Shown here piece by piece: positions 1-9,592 of a stretch of 32,000 nucleotides of DNA. This DNA is from Thermoproteus tenax Kra 1 (GTDB lineage: Archaea > Thermoproteota > Thermoprotei > Thermoproteales > Thermoproteaceae). Both the position numbers and the translations under genes were made by a program. Within the stretch, counting starts at the first letter, position 1. Each line of letters starts with the position of its first letter. The DNA lies in the NCBI RefSeq assembly GCF_000253055.1, contig NC_016070.1, positions 1,650,001-1,682,000 of the forward strand. Direction: 5' to 3'. The notes under the pieces are model-generated. The model searched no databases, had not been told where the DNA came from, and saw nothing but the letters and a program-made list of their open reading frames with translations.

Positions 1-493
1 CCTCCACAGGCTGCTCTATATGATATTCCTTGCCTTTGACCACTATTGCCTTATTGCTGGATATGACGCCGGAGGATAACGACTCGGCCTCGGCCGAGGT
101 CTGCGCTGCGCTGATTATCCTCAAGACGAGTTTTCCGTCTAACATAAGAACCTCGTCTCCCTCCTCGATTACTTCGAAGAACTCACGCCGCGGCACAGGT
201 ACGAAGCCGTCCCCCTTCTCGGCTAATTTAAAGGAGACGCGGGCGCCCGCCGTTATCTGTAGAGGGCGCATAAGGCCGGTCCTGACGCTGGGGCCCCTTA
301 GATCCGCTATAATGGCTATATACCTCCCGCTGGTCTCCTCATACTTCCTCACGGCGTTCACGCGGGCCTCTACCTCCGATGGCGATGCGTGAGACATATT
401 TATCCGCACGCCGTGAACCTTGCTCAACAGGGCCGTTATATCCGGCAGTCTATCAGTCGAAGGCCCCAATGTAGCTACAATTTTAGTGAACAC
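1..493 (-). CDS. pyk: pyruvate kinase, N-terminal part (gene runs off the left edge of the window)
   Basis: Absent from the ORF track because no stop lies in the window. My translation of the minus strand from a GTG at 493 reads (M)FTKIVATLGPSTDRLPDITALLSKVHGVRINMSHASPSEVEARVNAVRKYEETSGRYIAIIADLRGPSVRTGLMRP... This carries the pyruvate kinase signatures TKIVxTxGP, N-x-SH and DLxGPxxRTG. Track ORF 30..392(+) is its antisense shadow. The start codon is tentative. Confidence 0.8.
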   Translation of the reverse strand, partial: MFTKIVATLGPSTDRLPDITALLSKVHGVRINMSHASPSEVEARVNAVRKYEETSGRYIAIIADLRGPSVRTGLMRPLQITAGARVSFKLAEKGDGFVPVPRREFFEVIEEGDEVLMLDGKLVLRIISAAQTSAEAESLSSGVISSNKAIVVKGKEYHIEQPVE

Positions 494-513
494 AGATACT
501 ACTCGCGCGATCT

Positions 514-816
514 TTATTTATATGAAGCTATACCGCCCAACTCTCGTATCACTTCATATATGTTTTCATTTTCTACTATCTTCTCTTGTCCTTTATATAC
601 ATCTATCTTTTTTACTCCACATTGATCCAATATATTTTGTATTGAAATTCCCGGAAAAACTCTCGCCCATGATGATATATTTCCAAACTCGTCTACGGCC
701 TTGAGCTCGAGCTCTTTATCTATCAAGAGCCGGCCCTTGCACTTAAGGAAGCTTATTTCGATCCTCAAGCCCCTTTCTCTGGACAGCGATATGAGCGTTT
801 CAAATATTTTCAACAT
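514..816 (-). CDS. hypothetical protein (100 aa), no recognisable family
   Basis: The ORF lies between the endonuclease-like gene and pyk on the same strand, overlaps the upstream gene by 17 nt and ends 20 nt before the pyk start, so it looks operonic. The 3' half is AT-rich. Confidence 0.4.
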   Translation of the reverse strand: MLKIFETLISLSRERGLRIEISFLKCKGRLLIDKELELKAVDEFGNISSWARVFPGISIQNILDQCGVKKIDVYKGQEKIVENENIYEVIRELGGIASYK

Positions 817-1090
817 GTATATTTCTTGGCAGTTTTAATTTATGTGCTGAATAGTAGGTTACAACGCCGTCGTTGCTGACCAGGGCCAGTATCACAGGCG
901 TGGAGATGCTCTCTCCCAAGTTCAACACTCTGTAGAGCTGTCTCAGAGGTTTTTCAACTCCCTCGATCAATACATAGAATAGATAGCGCTCGTTCTTCTC
1001 GGCAATAAAGAGGCCGTCCTCTATCTTCTCGACTATCTTGAATCCCCTCGCCTTGAGGTCCCTCGCGACCTGCTCCTCCAAGACGTCCAT
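800..1090 (-). CDS. tRNA-splicing endonuclease-like small subunit (possible structural/beta subunit of crenarchaeal EndA)
   Basis: The 96-aa ORF has VARDLKARGFKI...YLFYVLIEG...PVILALVSNDGVVTYYS, resembling the EndA C-terminal domain pattern (RDL-x-RG, then A-x-V-D/N-x-x-G-x-x-TYY). Its size fits the short structural subunit. The call rests on motif memory only. Confidence 0.45.
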   Translation of the reverse strand: MDVLEEQVARDLKARGFKIVEKIEDGLFIAEKNERYLFYVLIEGVEKPLRQLYRVLNLGESISTPVILALVSNDGVVTYYSAHKLKLPRNIHVENI

Positions 1091-1111
1091 CGGAGGGAGT
1101 CGCCCACAATG

Positions 1112-1119
1112 TTTATATA
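1112..1119. promoter_or_regulatory. TATA-like box (TTTATATA) in the 48-bp gap between divergent genes, possibly serving both directions
   Basis: TTTATATA lies about 20-27 bp upstream of the L2 GTG (1139) and about 22-29 bp upstream of the minus-strand ATG at 1090. Confidence 0.4.
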
Positions 1120-1138
1120 GCTTGGGTCCCGGGGGCTT

Positions 1139-1870
1139 GTGGGTAAGCGGATACTAGTACAGAGGAGGGGAAGGGGAGGATCTCAGTTTAGATCGCCGAG
1201 CTGGAAGAGAGATGGGCCAGTGAGATATCCCCTTGTGACAGGCTTCGGATACGTGGTAGAGCTACTCCACGAGCCGGGCCTCGATGCGCCGGTTGCTAAA
1301 ATTAAGATGGCCAACGGAACTGAGTTCCTCAATTTCGCCGCAGAGGGCATGTACGTGGGCCAGAGGATAGAGGTCGGAGAGGACGCGCAGGTCAAGCCCG
1401 GGAATATATTGCCCGTGGGTAAGATACCAGAGGGCACTATGGTGTTCAATGTGGAGAAGAGGTACGGCGACGGCGGGAAGTACGCCAGAGCGGGGGGAAC
1501 ATACGCCGTAGTGTTGGCCCACAAAGTCGAAGAGGGGAAGACCACGATCAGGCTCCCCAGCGGCCGAACTATAGATGTGGACTCGAGGGCGCGCGCCACT
1601 GTGGGCATAGTGGCCGGAGGAGGGAGGATAGAAAAGCCTATGTTGAAGGCCGGCGCCAAGTACCATAGAGCTAGGGCCAAGGCTTGGAAGTGGCCCACTG
1701 TGAGGGGCAAGGCCATGAGCCCGTACGCGCACCCGCACGGCGGAGGCAGCCACCCCAAGGGAGGTACTCCGGTGCCCAAGACGGCGCCGCCGGGACAGAA
1801 GGTCGGATTCATCGCTTCGAGGTGTACAGGCCGCGGCTGTAAAAGGGCGCGCGCCCAACAACGGATTTAG
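1139..1870 (+). CDS. rpl2: 50S ribosomal protein L2 (uL2)
   Basis: The sequence shows MGKRILVQRRGRGGSQFRSPSWKR... and HPHGGGSHPKGG, typical of uL2. It has a GTG start and 243 aa. Confidence 0.96.
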   Translation: MGKRILVQRRGRGGSQFRSPSWKRDGPVRYPLVTGFGYVVELLHEPGLDAPVAKIKMANGTEFLNFAAEGMYVGQRIEVGEDAQVKPGNILPVGKIPEGTMVFNVEKRYGDGGKYARAGGTYAVVLAHKVEEGKTTIRLPSGRTIDVDSRARATVGIVAGGGRIEKPMLKAGAKYHRARAKAWKWPTVRGKAMSPYAHPHGGGSHPKGGTPVPKTAPPGQKVGFIASRCTGRGCKRARAQQRI

Positions 1871-2190
1871 CACTCCTTGAGGGCCGAGCCCAACTCCTCT
1901 TGCGCCCTATGATCCCCGCTCAGCTTTATTGCCCTTCTCAGAACGCGCCTGGCTATCTTGGCCGCCTTCTCGTCGTCTAGGCCCCTCCTCTTTATCTCCT
2001 CCTTAAGCTTGGCGCAATCGATGTTTTTGGCGTCTTTGAGCTCCTCGTAGGCCCTCTCCATCTGGAATATCTCAATGGCCCATCCCAGTTGGGCCTCAGG
2101 TATGGGCCAAGTGTAACCGCATGTTGTACACAAGTATTTGCCGGACGATGTGACCTTCACAGCCTTGCTACCACATTTAGGGCAGCTCAT
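1867..2190 (-). CDS. zinc-ribbon protein of unknown function
   Basis: The N-terminus is CPKCGS-x14-CTTCG (CxxC...CxxC), followed by a charged helical tail. Its 3' end overlaps the L2 3' end by 4 bp (convergent). Confidence 0.55.
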   Translation of the reverse strand: MSCPKCGSKAVKVTSSGKYLCTTCGYTWPIPEAQLGWAIEIFQMERAYEELKDAKNIDCAKLKEEIKRRGLDDEKAAKIARRVLRRAIKLSGDHRAQEELGSALKEC

Positions 2191-2220
2191 GTGCTAGCGG
2201 CGCGTCCTATGTTATAATAG

Positions 2221-3297
2221 TCAACATATAATACCTCTCTGTCTAAGCCAACCCTCAAGGCGCGGCGACAAGACCTTGGGCGCCCTCTTCAGCTCCTCTA
2301 CGTTGGCGCTGCCCGTTAGAAACATTGCTGTCCTAAGGCCCATGTGGATCTTGCGGAGGGCCTCCACTACTCTGTCCTCCATAGCGGCCTTCAGCAGAGG
2401 CTGTGACGCAGAAAAGAAGTCCGCGCCGAGGCTCAGCGCCCTCGCGCCGTCGAGACCCGACCTAATGCCGCCCGACGCTATAATTGGGCCTTTAAATGCC
2501 GACCTTACCTCGCATATGGCCGCTGCCGTGGGGATGCCCCACGTTCTGAAATCCTCTGAAACCTCATAGAGCTGAGGCGCCTCAGGCTTGGCGCGGAGGC
2601 CCTCTATAGCCACAAAGGAGGTTCCGCCGAGACCTGCCACGTCGATTATATCGGCTACGCCGTCCAGCGCCTGGGCCACTTCCCTCGAAATGCCGTTGCC
2701 CACCTCCTTGACTACTAATGGAACCTTCAGGGCACTCTTTATGAACTTGAGTTTGTCTAAGACGCCCTTGAAATAGGGCTCTCCCTCAGGCTGAAACACC
2801 TCCTGTGCCGGGTTTAAGTGTACTGCCAGTGCTGCTGCATCTATCATTGCCACTGCCTCCTCGGCCCAACGTAGTATCTCGCCCTCGGGGAGCCTCGCTA
2901 TCTGGGGCGCCCCCAGATTGGCTATCTTGGGCACTGACGGCGCGTATTGTTTCACAACCTCGAAGCTCCTCCTGGCCTCAGGTTTGAGTATGCCGATCCT
3001 CTGGGAGCCCACGTACATGGGAACTCCGACTTCCTCGGCGGCTTTCGCCAACCTTGTGTTTATCTTCTCTGCTAGCTCCGTCCCGCCCGTCATGGCACCT
3101 ATTATAAAGGGCATTGATATTCTGCGGCCGAGGAAGTCGGCCTTGGTGTCGACCTCCTCGAGATCCAGCTCTGGCAGCGCTTTGTGTATCAACACCACGT
3201 CCTCCAACCAGCTGTCCCCCACTTGCGACTCCGGCGCTGAGGCCAGATATATATGGTCGTTCTTCCTCTTATCAATCATAGAATAATATGCTGGCAT
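2221..3297 (-). CDS. fni: isopentenyl-diphosphate delta-isomerase, type 2 (FMN-dependent)
   Basis: [15 protein letters not shown], the LVVKEVG-type TIM-barrel pattern and [10 protein letters not shown] are typical of IDI-2. The true start may be the internal MIDKRKN Met at 3279. Confidence 0.88.
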   Translation of the reverse strand: MPAYYSMIDKRKNDHIYLASAPESQVGDSWLEDVVLIHKALPELDLEEVDTKADFLGRRISMPFIIGAMTGGTELAEKINTRLAKAAEEVGVPMYVGSQRIGILKPEARRSFEVVKQYAPSVPKIANLGAPQIARLPEGEILRWAEEAVAMIDAAALAVHLNPAQEVFQPEGEPYFKGVLDKLKFIKSALKVPLVVKEVGNGISREVAQALDGVADIIDVAGLGGTSFVAIEGLRAKPEAPQLYEVSEDFRTWGIPTAAAICEVRSAFKGPIIASGGIRSGLDGARALSLGADFFSASQPLLKAAMEDRVVEALRKIHMGLRTAMFLTGSANVEELKRAPKVLSPRLEGWLRQRGIIC

Positions 3298-4117
3298 ATC
3301 CGACGGTCTCCTCGACGTATCCGCTCGTGTCGCCCGAGGTGGCGTGTTTCAATAATCTCGCCTTGAACCCTAGCTCGGACGCGGCCCTCATTAACGCCCC
3401 TACCGCGCCCGGACCGCATGCAGATATGTCGTACTTAGATAGGACTTCGAAGAATCTATCTACGTCTCCCTCCACGATCTCCTTAATGGCTACCTCGTCT
3501 TTCTTCACTGTTATCTCGTGGTGCTCGTAGTGGTTGAAGTCGCTACTGGCGAGGACGTAGACCTTCTTGTTGTGCTTTGAAATAACTCTGGCCAGCGCCG
3601 ACCCCAGCTCCTTGGCCACTGAGGGAGTCTGTCTCCACAGAGCGATGGGCACTATCTTTACGTCGCCAAAAAAGTATTGAAGGAAGGGCAACTGGACCTC
3701 TATTGAGTGCTCCCTTGAAAACGCATAGAAGTCGTCCTCTAATGCCTTATATTCTCTAATAAGCCCCTCGGCGAGCTCCTCATCGACAGACAGAGAGCCT
3801 AGCGGCGTCTCCCAGACGCCGGACCTCATTATGGCCACAGGGGAGCCCACGCCGTAGTGGTTGGGCCCCACTATCACGACTGAGTCCGGCGCTCCGAAAC
3901 TCCTCAAGGCGGCGTATGCCCACGCGGCCACGGGACCTGAATAGATGTAACCAGCGTGAGGAACCACGGCCCCCAGCGCCCTTGTTCCCTCCAACTTCAA
4001 CGTCTCAGATCCAGGGCCCACCTCGTGGCGCACGGCCCACTTGATTCTCTCCAGAAGGGCTTCTCTCTCGGCCTCATAGAAATAGCCGGCTACAGCCGGC
4101 CTTCTGACTTTATGCAT
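3272..4117 (-). CDS. MEMO1 / AmmeMemoRadiSam system protein B family protein
   Basis: [10 protein letters not shown]..., [10 protein letters not shown] and SSDFNHY motifs are present. The rps2-Memo-idi2 order is a common archaeal arrangement. Confidence 0.85.
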   Translation of the reverse strand: MHKVRRPAVAGYFYEAEREALLERIKWAVRHEVGPGSETLKLEGTRALGAVVPHAGYIYSGPVAAWAYAALRSFGAPDSVVIVGPNHYGVGSPVAIMRSGVWETPLGSLSVDEELAEGLIREYKALEDDFYAFSREHSIEVQLPFLQYFFGDVKIVPIALWRQTPSVAKELGSALARVISKHNKKVYVLASSDFNHYEHHEITVKKDEVAIKEIVEGDVDRFFEVLSKYDISACGPGAVGALMRAASELGFKARLLKHATSGDTSGYVEETVGYASILFYD

Positions 4118-4137
4118 GAAGATAATTTCTTCCCTAT

Positions 4138-4770
4138 TTATTTAGCCTCAACGAACCGGGTCTCAAAGTCCTCGGGCTGGACTGGCAAGTCTTGATCCGG
4201 TTTCAGTTCTCCTCTTTCTCTCAAAACTTGGCGGGCCAGTATCCAGAAGATTAGGGCCAGACTGCGTCTTCCTTTGTTGTTGCAAGGTATCATCAAATCG
4301 ATGAAGTCGATAGGAGTATCCGTATCCACTAAGGCCACTGTGGGTATGCCCATATCGGCTGCCTCCTTGACAGCTTGGGAGTCCAACTTGGGGTCCACTA
4401 CCATCAAGAGGTCTATCTCCATATAGTTAGGCAGATATGGGTTGGTGAGAGAGCCTGGAGTGAATCTCCCGGCTATATATCTACATCCAGTATATTTGCA
4501 GAACATCTCGATGGGCTTGAAGCCGTAGGGCCTCGTCGTATGGACCAACACCCTATCTGGGCTGTATCTAGCTATGAACTTCGCTGCGATCCTAAGCCTC
4601 TCATCTATCTTCCTTATGTCAAATATTCGGAGACCGTCGGGCCTCACGGCGAAGATGAAGCCCCTTCTCTCCAAGTACTTGTTGGACATCTTTGTGCCAA
4701 GCCTTATGCCCGAAGATAGGTATCTCTCCAGAGGGACTAAATACTCGTATCCCTCGCCGGCTTCGCTCAT
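4138..4770 (-). CDS. rps2: 30S ribosomal protein S2 (uS2)
   Basis: The sequence shows [57 protein letters not shown]..., typical archaeal uS2. Confidence 0.95.
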   Translation of the reverse strand: MSEAGEGYEYLVPLERYLSSGIRLGTKMSNKYLERRGFIFAVRPDGLRIFDIRKIDERLRIAAKFIARYSPDRVLVHTTRPYGFKPIEMFCKYTGCRYIAGRFTPGSLTNPYLPNYMEIDLLMVVDPKLDSQAVKEAADMGIPTVALVDTDTPIDFIDLMIPCNNKGRRSLALIFWILARQVLRERGELKPDQDLPVQPEDFETRFVEAK

Positions 4771-4790
4771 CGAAGCCCTCTATCAACCCC

Positions 4791-4804
4791 TTTTTATTAT
4801 TTTT
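4791..4804 (-). promoter_or_regulatory. TATA-like box upstream of rps2
   Basis: On the minus strand this reads AAAAATAATAAAAA, 21-34 bp upstream of the ATG at 4770. Confidence 0.4.
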
Positions 4805-4893
4805 CCCTACTCAGAACCCAGATTTCTCCTCACAAAATCAGCGATGACGGGCCTACGTCATTCGTCCGTATAAAAAGGTGCATAAATAAAAGT

Positions 4894-5376
4894 GTGTGCA
4901 ACGATCTCTCGGACTTCATGGAGTGGTTCTACCAGAACTACTCAGCAGTACTGGGGCTCTATAGGCCGTATATAGCCGTCCTTGGGGACGTGGTGATAGC
5001 GGGTATACACTATACCAAGGCCTCGCCCGTGGCTGGAGGCGTGCCCGTGGGAGTCGTGGTCCACGGGTCAGGCGGAGTCGTTAAGGTCTACTGCAGTCTA
5101 CCCATAGCTTGCGCCGAGTCTGAATCGAGGGTTGTGGTAAAACAAGTGTTTACATCAACGATATCTAGGTACGAGGCAGCGCTTCCTCTCAAGGACGAGT
5201 TAGGATTTGATACAATATGTTTGAATAATACTGTAACAATAATTAAAGAAATTGTTTGTGATAATATTTATAATTATTTAAGTCAATATATAATATTATG
5301 TGGATTGTTAAACAAATGGGCCAGAGCCGGCGGCAACGTTGCCGAGGAGTTCTGGCAGTTCGTCTCAAGGCTTTAG
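4894..5376 (+). CDS. hypothetical protein
   Basis: This is a 160-aa ORF with a GTG start; an alternative ATG lies at 4918. A/T boxes sit at 4868-4892 upstream. I recognise no family. An AT-rich tract lies at about 5215-5300. Confidence 0.35.
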   Translation: MCNDLSDFMEWFYQNYSAVLGLYRPYIAVLGDVVIAGIHYTKASPVAGGVPVGVVVHGSGGVVKVYCSLPIACAESESRVVVKQVFTSTISRYEAALPLKDELGFDTICLNNTVTIIKEIVCDNIYNYLSQYIILCGLLNKWARAGGNVAEEFWQFVSRL

Positions 5377-5396
5377 CACAACCACTTTACAACCGA

Positions 5397-5720
5397 AAGC
5401 CTCGCCCTTTAGGGCGGGGATGGATTTGAGCATCTATAACTTTCATGGCAGAGCTGGTGAAGAGGGCTGAGAAGGGCTTAAACAGCGGTGCGTTCAACGC
5501 GGCGGCGCGGGCCAACGGCGGATGGCCCTGGCAGAGGGACGCCGCAATGCCCGCCCCAGCCGCGGCCCATTAACCCCGGGCAACGGGCGAGGCCCCCACA
5601 GTGAGGTCCCCGCCCTTCAAGGCTGGGAGGGGGGTCATCGAATAGGAACGCCGGTTCATTCGCTTCATCGGAGGTGGACGCCACGGCGAGCTTCAGAGCC
5701 GTCTGATTGAACTTTTTAGT
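5397..5720 (+). mobile_element. decayed IS200/IS605-family (TnpB-type) relic: end hairpin joined to a TnpB C-terminal tail remnant (MITE/PATE-like)
   Basis: It starts with AAGCCTCGCCCTTTAGGGCGGGG (hairpin CGCCC-TTTA-GGGCG, 5403-5416). It is homologous along its length to 9366-9592 and, inverted, to 16321-~15770. No intact ORF remains; track ORFs 5478..5735 and 5522..5710 lie inside it. The right boundary is approximate. Confidence 0.6.
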
Positions 5721-5825
5721 AAGCAGGTGGTTCATCTGGAGGCAGAGCCACCTCAGCTCAAAGTTGAGAATTTTTTCTGTTCCACCAACTTAATTACTAT
5801 ATTTTACATAGAATTTTACATAGAA

Positions 5826-5990
5826 GGAGACTCCGGTCCCGGGGCCCGGCGAACTGGGCGCAAGGCCGGTCCCCAACGGCCCGGAGCCCCTCACCCGGAG
5901 TTGCCGGAGGGCGGCTCCGGGCAGGCCGAACCTTGCCCCGAGAGAGGGCCGGGGCGCCGCCACTTAAAGGGGGGCATATAAGATATATTT
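5826..5990 (-). mobile_element. second IS200/IS605-type relic fragment, opposite orientation (GC-rich end motif)
   Basis: The 34-nt motif CTCCGGTCCCGGGGCCCGGCGAACTGGGCGCAAG (5831-5864) recurs at 15725-15758 with one mismatch. There it forms the distal end of the 15.7-16.3 kb relic. The extent to the right is approximate. Confidence 0.45.
5976..5990 (+). promoter_or_regulatory. TATA-like box upstream of the Mrp/ApbC gene
   Basis: ATATAAGATATATTT lies about 20-34 bp upstream of the ATG at 6010. Confidence 0.4.
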
Positions 5991-6009
5991 AGACTTCGAG
6001 ATAACCGTC

Positions 6010-6933
6010 ATGAGTAATATCAAGGTGAACATACGCGGCGGCGCCGCGCCGCCGGGCTCTCTCGCCGACTATTTAAAAAATGTAAAATTAAAGCTGATGA
6101 CGATATCCGGTAAAGGCGGCGTCGGCAAGTCCTTTGTGAGCGCCGCGGTAGCCTTGGGCTTTGCCCTAAGAGGATATAGAGTTGGTATTCTTGACGGCGA
6201 TATATATGGCCCAACTATACCTAAGATGCTCGGAATGAGCGACGCCACTTTATACGCCGATTCAAAGACTGGCAAGATAATACCTGCGGTCGGACCCCTC
6301 GGCGTTAAGGTCGTCTCCATCGACTTTATGTTGCCAAGCGAGGATACAGCGGTGATATGGAGGGGGGCCTTGGTAACTCAAGCGCTCAGAGACTTCATCT
6401 CGCAAGTGGACTGGGGCGCCCTAGATGTGCTCATAGTGGACTTGCCGCCCGGCACTGGAGATGCGCCGTTGACCATCGCGCAGAGTCTCCAGGGCGGCAT
6501 CGACGGTAGTATTATAGTGACAATACCGTCTGAGGTCTCCCGCCGCATTGTAGTAAAGGCCATAGACTTCTCTAGGAAGGTGCGCGTTCCAATAGCTGGC
6601 ATTGTTGAGAATATGTGCTGCTTTGTATGTCCAGATAATGGAAAAATATACTATATACTAGGCGAAGGTGCTGGAAGAAAAATAGCAGAGAAAATGAATG
6701 TGCCGTTCTTGGGCCAGATACCGATGGATCCGGAGCTCTCTAAACACCTAGACGGCGGGAGGCTCCACGAGTTCCTTTCGTCGAACAACGCTACAACTAA
6801 GTATATAGAGGAGATAGTCGGCGCTCTCATCTCCAAATACGGCGAAAAGTTGAAACAGGAGATTAAGGAGGAGAGGCCGAAGAGGGTGTCCCTAATGAAG
6901 CTACCCGGAGAGGACGAGGACCAAGAATCCTAA
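6010..6933 (+). CDS. Mrp/NBP35/ApbC-family iron-sulfur cluster carrier ATPase
   Basis: The deviant Walker A ISGKGGVGKS is present, with GILDGDIYGPTIPKMLG, DLPPGTGD and a CFVC (CxxC) motif. Confidence 0.9.
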   Translation: MSNIKVNIRGGAAPPGSLADYLKNVKLKLMTISGKGGVGKSFVSAAVALGFALRGYRVGILDGDIYGPTIPKMLGMSDATLYADSKTGKIIPAVGPLGVKVVSIDFMLPSEDTAVIWRGALVTQALRDFISQVDWGALDVLIVDLPPGTGDAPLTIAQSLQGGIDGSIIVTIPSEVSRRIVVKAIDFSRKVRVPIAGIVENMCCFVCPDNGKIYYILGEGAGRKIAEKMNVPFLGQIPMDPELSKHLDGGRLHEFLSSNNATTKYIEEIVGALISKYGEKLKQEIKEERPKRVSLMKLPGEDEDQES

Positions 6934-6949
6934 CGCCTGCAATACAGCC

Positions 6950-7870
6950 TCCTTTGTGGCGCCCGGTTTCCTCGGGCGATCAGCCGCGCTCGGCAACGCC
7001 GTGCCTTGAATTAGCTACGATGCTGTTTTATTGACGCGTTCGGTTAAGTTGTAGCAAGTCGTTGGGAAAGTTCTTTATTCCGTTGCAGAAACGCGGCGGC
7101 TGGAGGCTGAAATCGCAGCCGAGGCTAAAGTTGGACGAGAGGGGGATCGCCTATGTCCACTTCGTCTTCAAGAGGGCAGCTGAGGAGGAACCGGCCTCCG
7201 GAGTCGTCTCCGTCGACCTCGATGAGAACAATGTGGCTGTGAAGGCCGGCGGCAGGGTATACATCCTTGAGACTGGGATCTGAGACATCACGCTCGGCTA
7301 CCACGCCCGAAGGGAGATCCAGCGGTTCCTTAAGGGCAACCGCTATACTAGTCGGGCTCTTAAGCACAACGAGCTAAACAGGAAGAACGATGTCCGCAGA
7401 AAGGCGGCCAATTTGATAGTGAGGGAGACCGAGAGGCTGGGCGCCGCAATCGCCGTCGAAAATCTGCCGAGGGAAGCGCCGAAGAACATGACCAAAACGT
7501 AGACGGCCCAGTGCTTAGGGACAGAATATACCGAGTCGGCTTCGGAGGCATGCTGAGGGAGATTGTACGGAAGGCGAGGGAACGCGGCATCCCGGTGATA
7601 AGGGTTAATCCAAGGGGCACCTCCTCCGCCTGCCCGCGGTGCGGGCTTGTGAGGGGCCCTGCCCCGAGGCTCCACCTCTGCCCCCGCTGCGGGTGAGTGG
7701 GGGAGGGGGCGTCGTTGCCGTTATAAACATTGAGGGGCGCGCCCTGGAGGGAGCCAAGCGCCGCCCGGCCCCATGTCCGCGCCTGAGGTATCCTGGATGC
7801 CGATGAAGGCGTGGGCGAGGAGAAAGTCCCTAGGCGCGATTAATCAGCAAAAATCAGTAATGACCGCCTA
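6950..7870 (+). mobile_element. IS200/IS605-family element remnant carrying a disrupted, N-terminally truncated tnpB
   Basis: A hairpin CGCCCG-GTTTCCT-CGGGCG lies at 6960-6978 upstream. TnpB-like coding remnants span 7062-7800, followed by a tail remnant up to the glyA promoter. No tnpA is present. The boundaries are approximate. Confidence 0.6.
7062..7800 (+). pseudogene. tnpB: tnpB (IS605 OrfB / RNA-guided nuclease family) pseudogene
   Basis: RuvC-like and zinc-finger motifs are recognisable: VVSVDLDENNVAV, AIAVENL, TSSACPRCG...CPRCG, then (V)VAVINIEGRAL in another frame. They are interrupted by an in-frame TGA at 7281, a TAG at about 7499 with a frame change, and a TGA at 7694. It is much shorter than an intact TnpB. 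Confidence 0.7.
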
Positions 7871-7880
7871 GGGATAAACG

Positions 7881-7888
7881 ATTATATA
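7881..7888 (+). promoter_or_regulatory. TATA-like box upstream of glyA
   Basis: ATTATATA lies 19-26 bp upstream of the ATG at 7907. This supports 7907 rather than the TTG at 7895 as the start. Confidence 0.4.
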
Positions 7889-7906
7889 GGGCGGTTGTTT
7901 TGTACC

Positions 7907-9205
7907 ATGGCGTATCCAGGAGATCTGGAAAAGATGCTTAATCTCGTAATGGAGCACAACAAGTGGAGACGTAGAGAGACTGTGAACCTCATAGCGTCTG
8001 AGAACGTTATGTCGCCTCTGGCTGAGCTGATCTACCTTAACGATCTAATGGGAAGATACGCCGAGGGAACTGTGGGCAAAAGATATTACAAGGGCACCAA
8101 GTATGTGGACCAGATAGAGGGGGCGTTGGCCAATGCGTTCGCCGACGTGCTCGGCGCTAAATACGTCGACGTACGACCTATATCGGGCACCGTGGCCAAT
8201 CTAGCTACATATTATGCGTTGGCGCCCGAGGGCGGAGTGATCGCCTCGCTGTCCACTAGGGCCGGCGGCCACATAAGTCACAACCAAGTGGGAGGGCCGA
8301 AGGCCCTGAAATTTAGAGTCGTGGAGCTCCCCTGGGATGTTGAACGTTTTAACATAGATGTAGACGGAGCTAGAAGAGTCATTGAAGAGAACAAACCGCG
8401 TATTGTGTTGTTGGGGGCCTCCCTCTATCTATTCCCGCACCCTGTGAGGGAGATCGCCGAGATCGCCCACAGTGTAGGCTCCTACGTCATCCACGACTCT
8501 GCCCACGTCTTCGGCCTAATAGTGGGAGGGAGATTTCCCAACCCGCTTAAGGAGGGGGCCGACGTCACCACCTCGTCTACACACAAGACATTTCCGGGTC
8601 CCCAAGGCGGCCTTATAGCCAGCGGGCTTGAGGGCGAGGTGAACGAGGCCATATCTAGGGGGGTCTTCCCCGTCTTCACCTCTAACTACCACATGCACAG
8701 ATATGCGGCCACCTACGTCACCTTAGTCGAAATGCGCGAGTTCGGCGAGCAATATGCCGACCAGATCGTTAGAAACGCCAGAGCCCTCGCTGAGGCGCTC
8801 CACGCGAACGGCTTCGATGTAGTCGCCGAGGGGCTGGGCTTCACTAGGACGCACCAAGTGGCTGTAGACGTCTCAAAATTCGGAGGCGGGGAGGTCGTCT
8901 CGAGCCTGCTAGAGGACGCCAACATAATAGTCAACAAGAATATGCTACCTTGGGATAAAAGTGCTGTTAAGCCCAGCGGCATAAGGCTCGGCGTACAAGA
9001 AGCGACCAGATGGGGCATGCGCGAGGGCGAGATGGCTGAGATAGCAAGCTTCTTCAAGAGCGTGTTAATCGATGGAGTAGAGCCCGCTAAAGTGAGGGAG
9101 AAGGTGGTTGAGTTTAGGAGAAACTTCCTGGAGGTTAAGTACGGCTATAAGATAGATGCCGAGTTTGCTAGAGGGTTCCTCAGAGACCTCGGCATATTCC
9201 TCTAG
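7907..9205 (+). CDS. glyA: serine hydroxymethyltransferase
   Basis: [19 protein letters not shown] and the PLP-lysine region [15 protein letters not shown] are present. The track ORF starts at the TTG at 7895; I prefer the ATG at 7907. Confidence 0.93.
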   Translation: MAYPGDLEKMLNLVMEHNKWRRRETVNLIASENVMSPLAELIYLNDLMGRYAEGTVGKRYYKGTKYVDQIEGALANAFADVLGAKYVDVRPISGTVANLATYYALAPEGGVIASLSTRAGGHISHNQVGGPKALKFRVVELPWDVERFNIDVDGARRVIEENKPRIVLLGASLYLFPHPVREIAEIAHSVGSYVIHDSAHVFGLIVGGRFPNPLKEGADVTTSSTHKTFPGPQGGLIASGLEGEVNEAISRGVFPVFTSNYHMHRYAATYVTLVEMREFGEQYADQIVRNARALAEALHANGFDVVAEGLGFTRTHQVAVDVSKFGGGEVVSSLLEDANIIVNKNMLPWDKSAVKPSGIRLGVQEATRWGMREGEMAEIASFFKSVLIDGVEPAKVREKVVEFRRNFLEVKYGYKIDAEFARGFLRDLGIFL

Positions 9206-9365
9206 AGGCATAGCCAGCTCCTGTTGCGCTTCCGCTTTTCCGCCGGAACAGCTCTCGGGAGCTATCGTCTCAGTCTCTAGAGGGGCTCAGACGCGCTCCC
9301 AACCTAGATCAGCGGCGCTTCTCCTCTAGCCCGAGGGCGGTTCTCTTCTTGACATTGAAAACAGC

Positions 9366-9592
9366 AAGCCTCGCCCTTTAGGGCGGGGTAGGTTTTTCTA
9401 TAGCAGAGCTGATGAAGAGGCGAGAAAGGCCTAAATAGCGCGTTCAATACGGCGGGGCGGCCAACGGCAGATGGTCCCGGCGGGGGACGTCATAATGCCC
9501 GCTCCGCCGAGTGTCCATAACCCCGGAGGGGGACAACGAGCGAGGCCCCGCAGTGCGGATCCCGCCTAAGGCGGGGAGCGCGGTCATAGTTC
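9366..9592 (+). mobile_element. short IS200/IS605-type relic (same family as 5397-5720)
   Basis: It starts with AAGCCTCGCCCTTTAGGGCGGGG (hairpin 9372-9385). It aligns with 5397-~5645 through the tail segment ...ATAACCCCGGAGGGGGACAACGAGCGAGGCCCCGCAGTG... It ends directly at the stop codon of the convergent SDR gene. Confidence 0.6.

Noticed and set aside
668-720. ATGATGA (C-box-like) at 668-674, considered as a C/D-box sRNA.
   Set aside because: It lies inside a coding ORF and has no CTGA D box or terminal stem at the expected spacing.
1183-1873. Long minus-strand ORFs (209 and 203 aa) antisense to the L2 gene. Similar antisense ORFs lie opposite other GC-rich genes, e.g. 2276-3286, 8482-9057, 18160-18760, 26348-26818 and 26935-27606.
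   Set aside because: They fully overlap strongly supported genes and have low-complexity Ala/Pro/Ser/Gly/Arg-rich translations. This is typical of stop-poor antisense frames in GC-rich coding DNA.
5801-5824. Perfect 12-bp tandem duplication ATTTTACATAGA x2, considered as a CRISPR or regulatory repeat.
   Set aside because: There are only two units with no spacers, in an AT-rich junction between two IS relics. This is too little to call anything beyond a local duplication.
5478-5981. Track ORFs 5478..5735(-), 5522..5710(+) and 5727..5981(+), and likewise 15714..16298 ORFs, considered as small protein genes.
   Set aside because: They lie inside decayed IS200/IS605 relics. They are Gly/Pro/Arg-rich, differ between copies by frame-breaking changes, and have no promoter-like box at an appropriate distance.
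7281-7501. In-frame TGA and TAG inside the tnpB remnant, considered as possible selenocysteine or pyrrolysine recoding.
   Set aside because: They are accompanied by a frame change, an N-terminal truncation and a further premature stop. Ordinary pseudogene decay is the simpler explanation.
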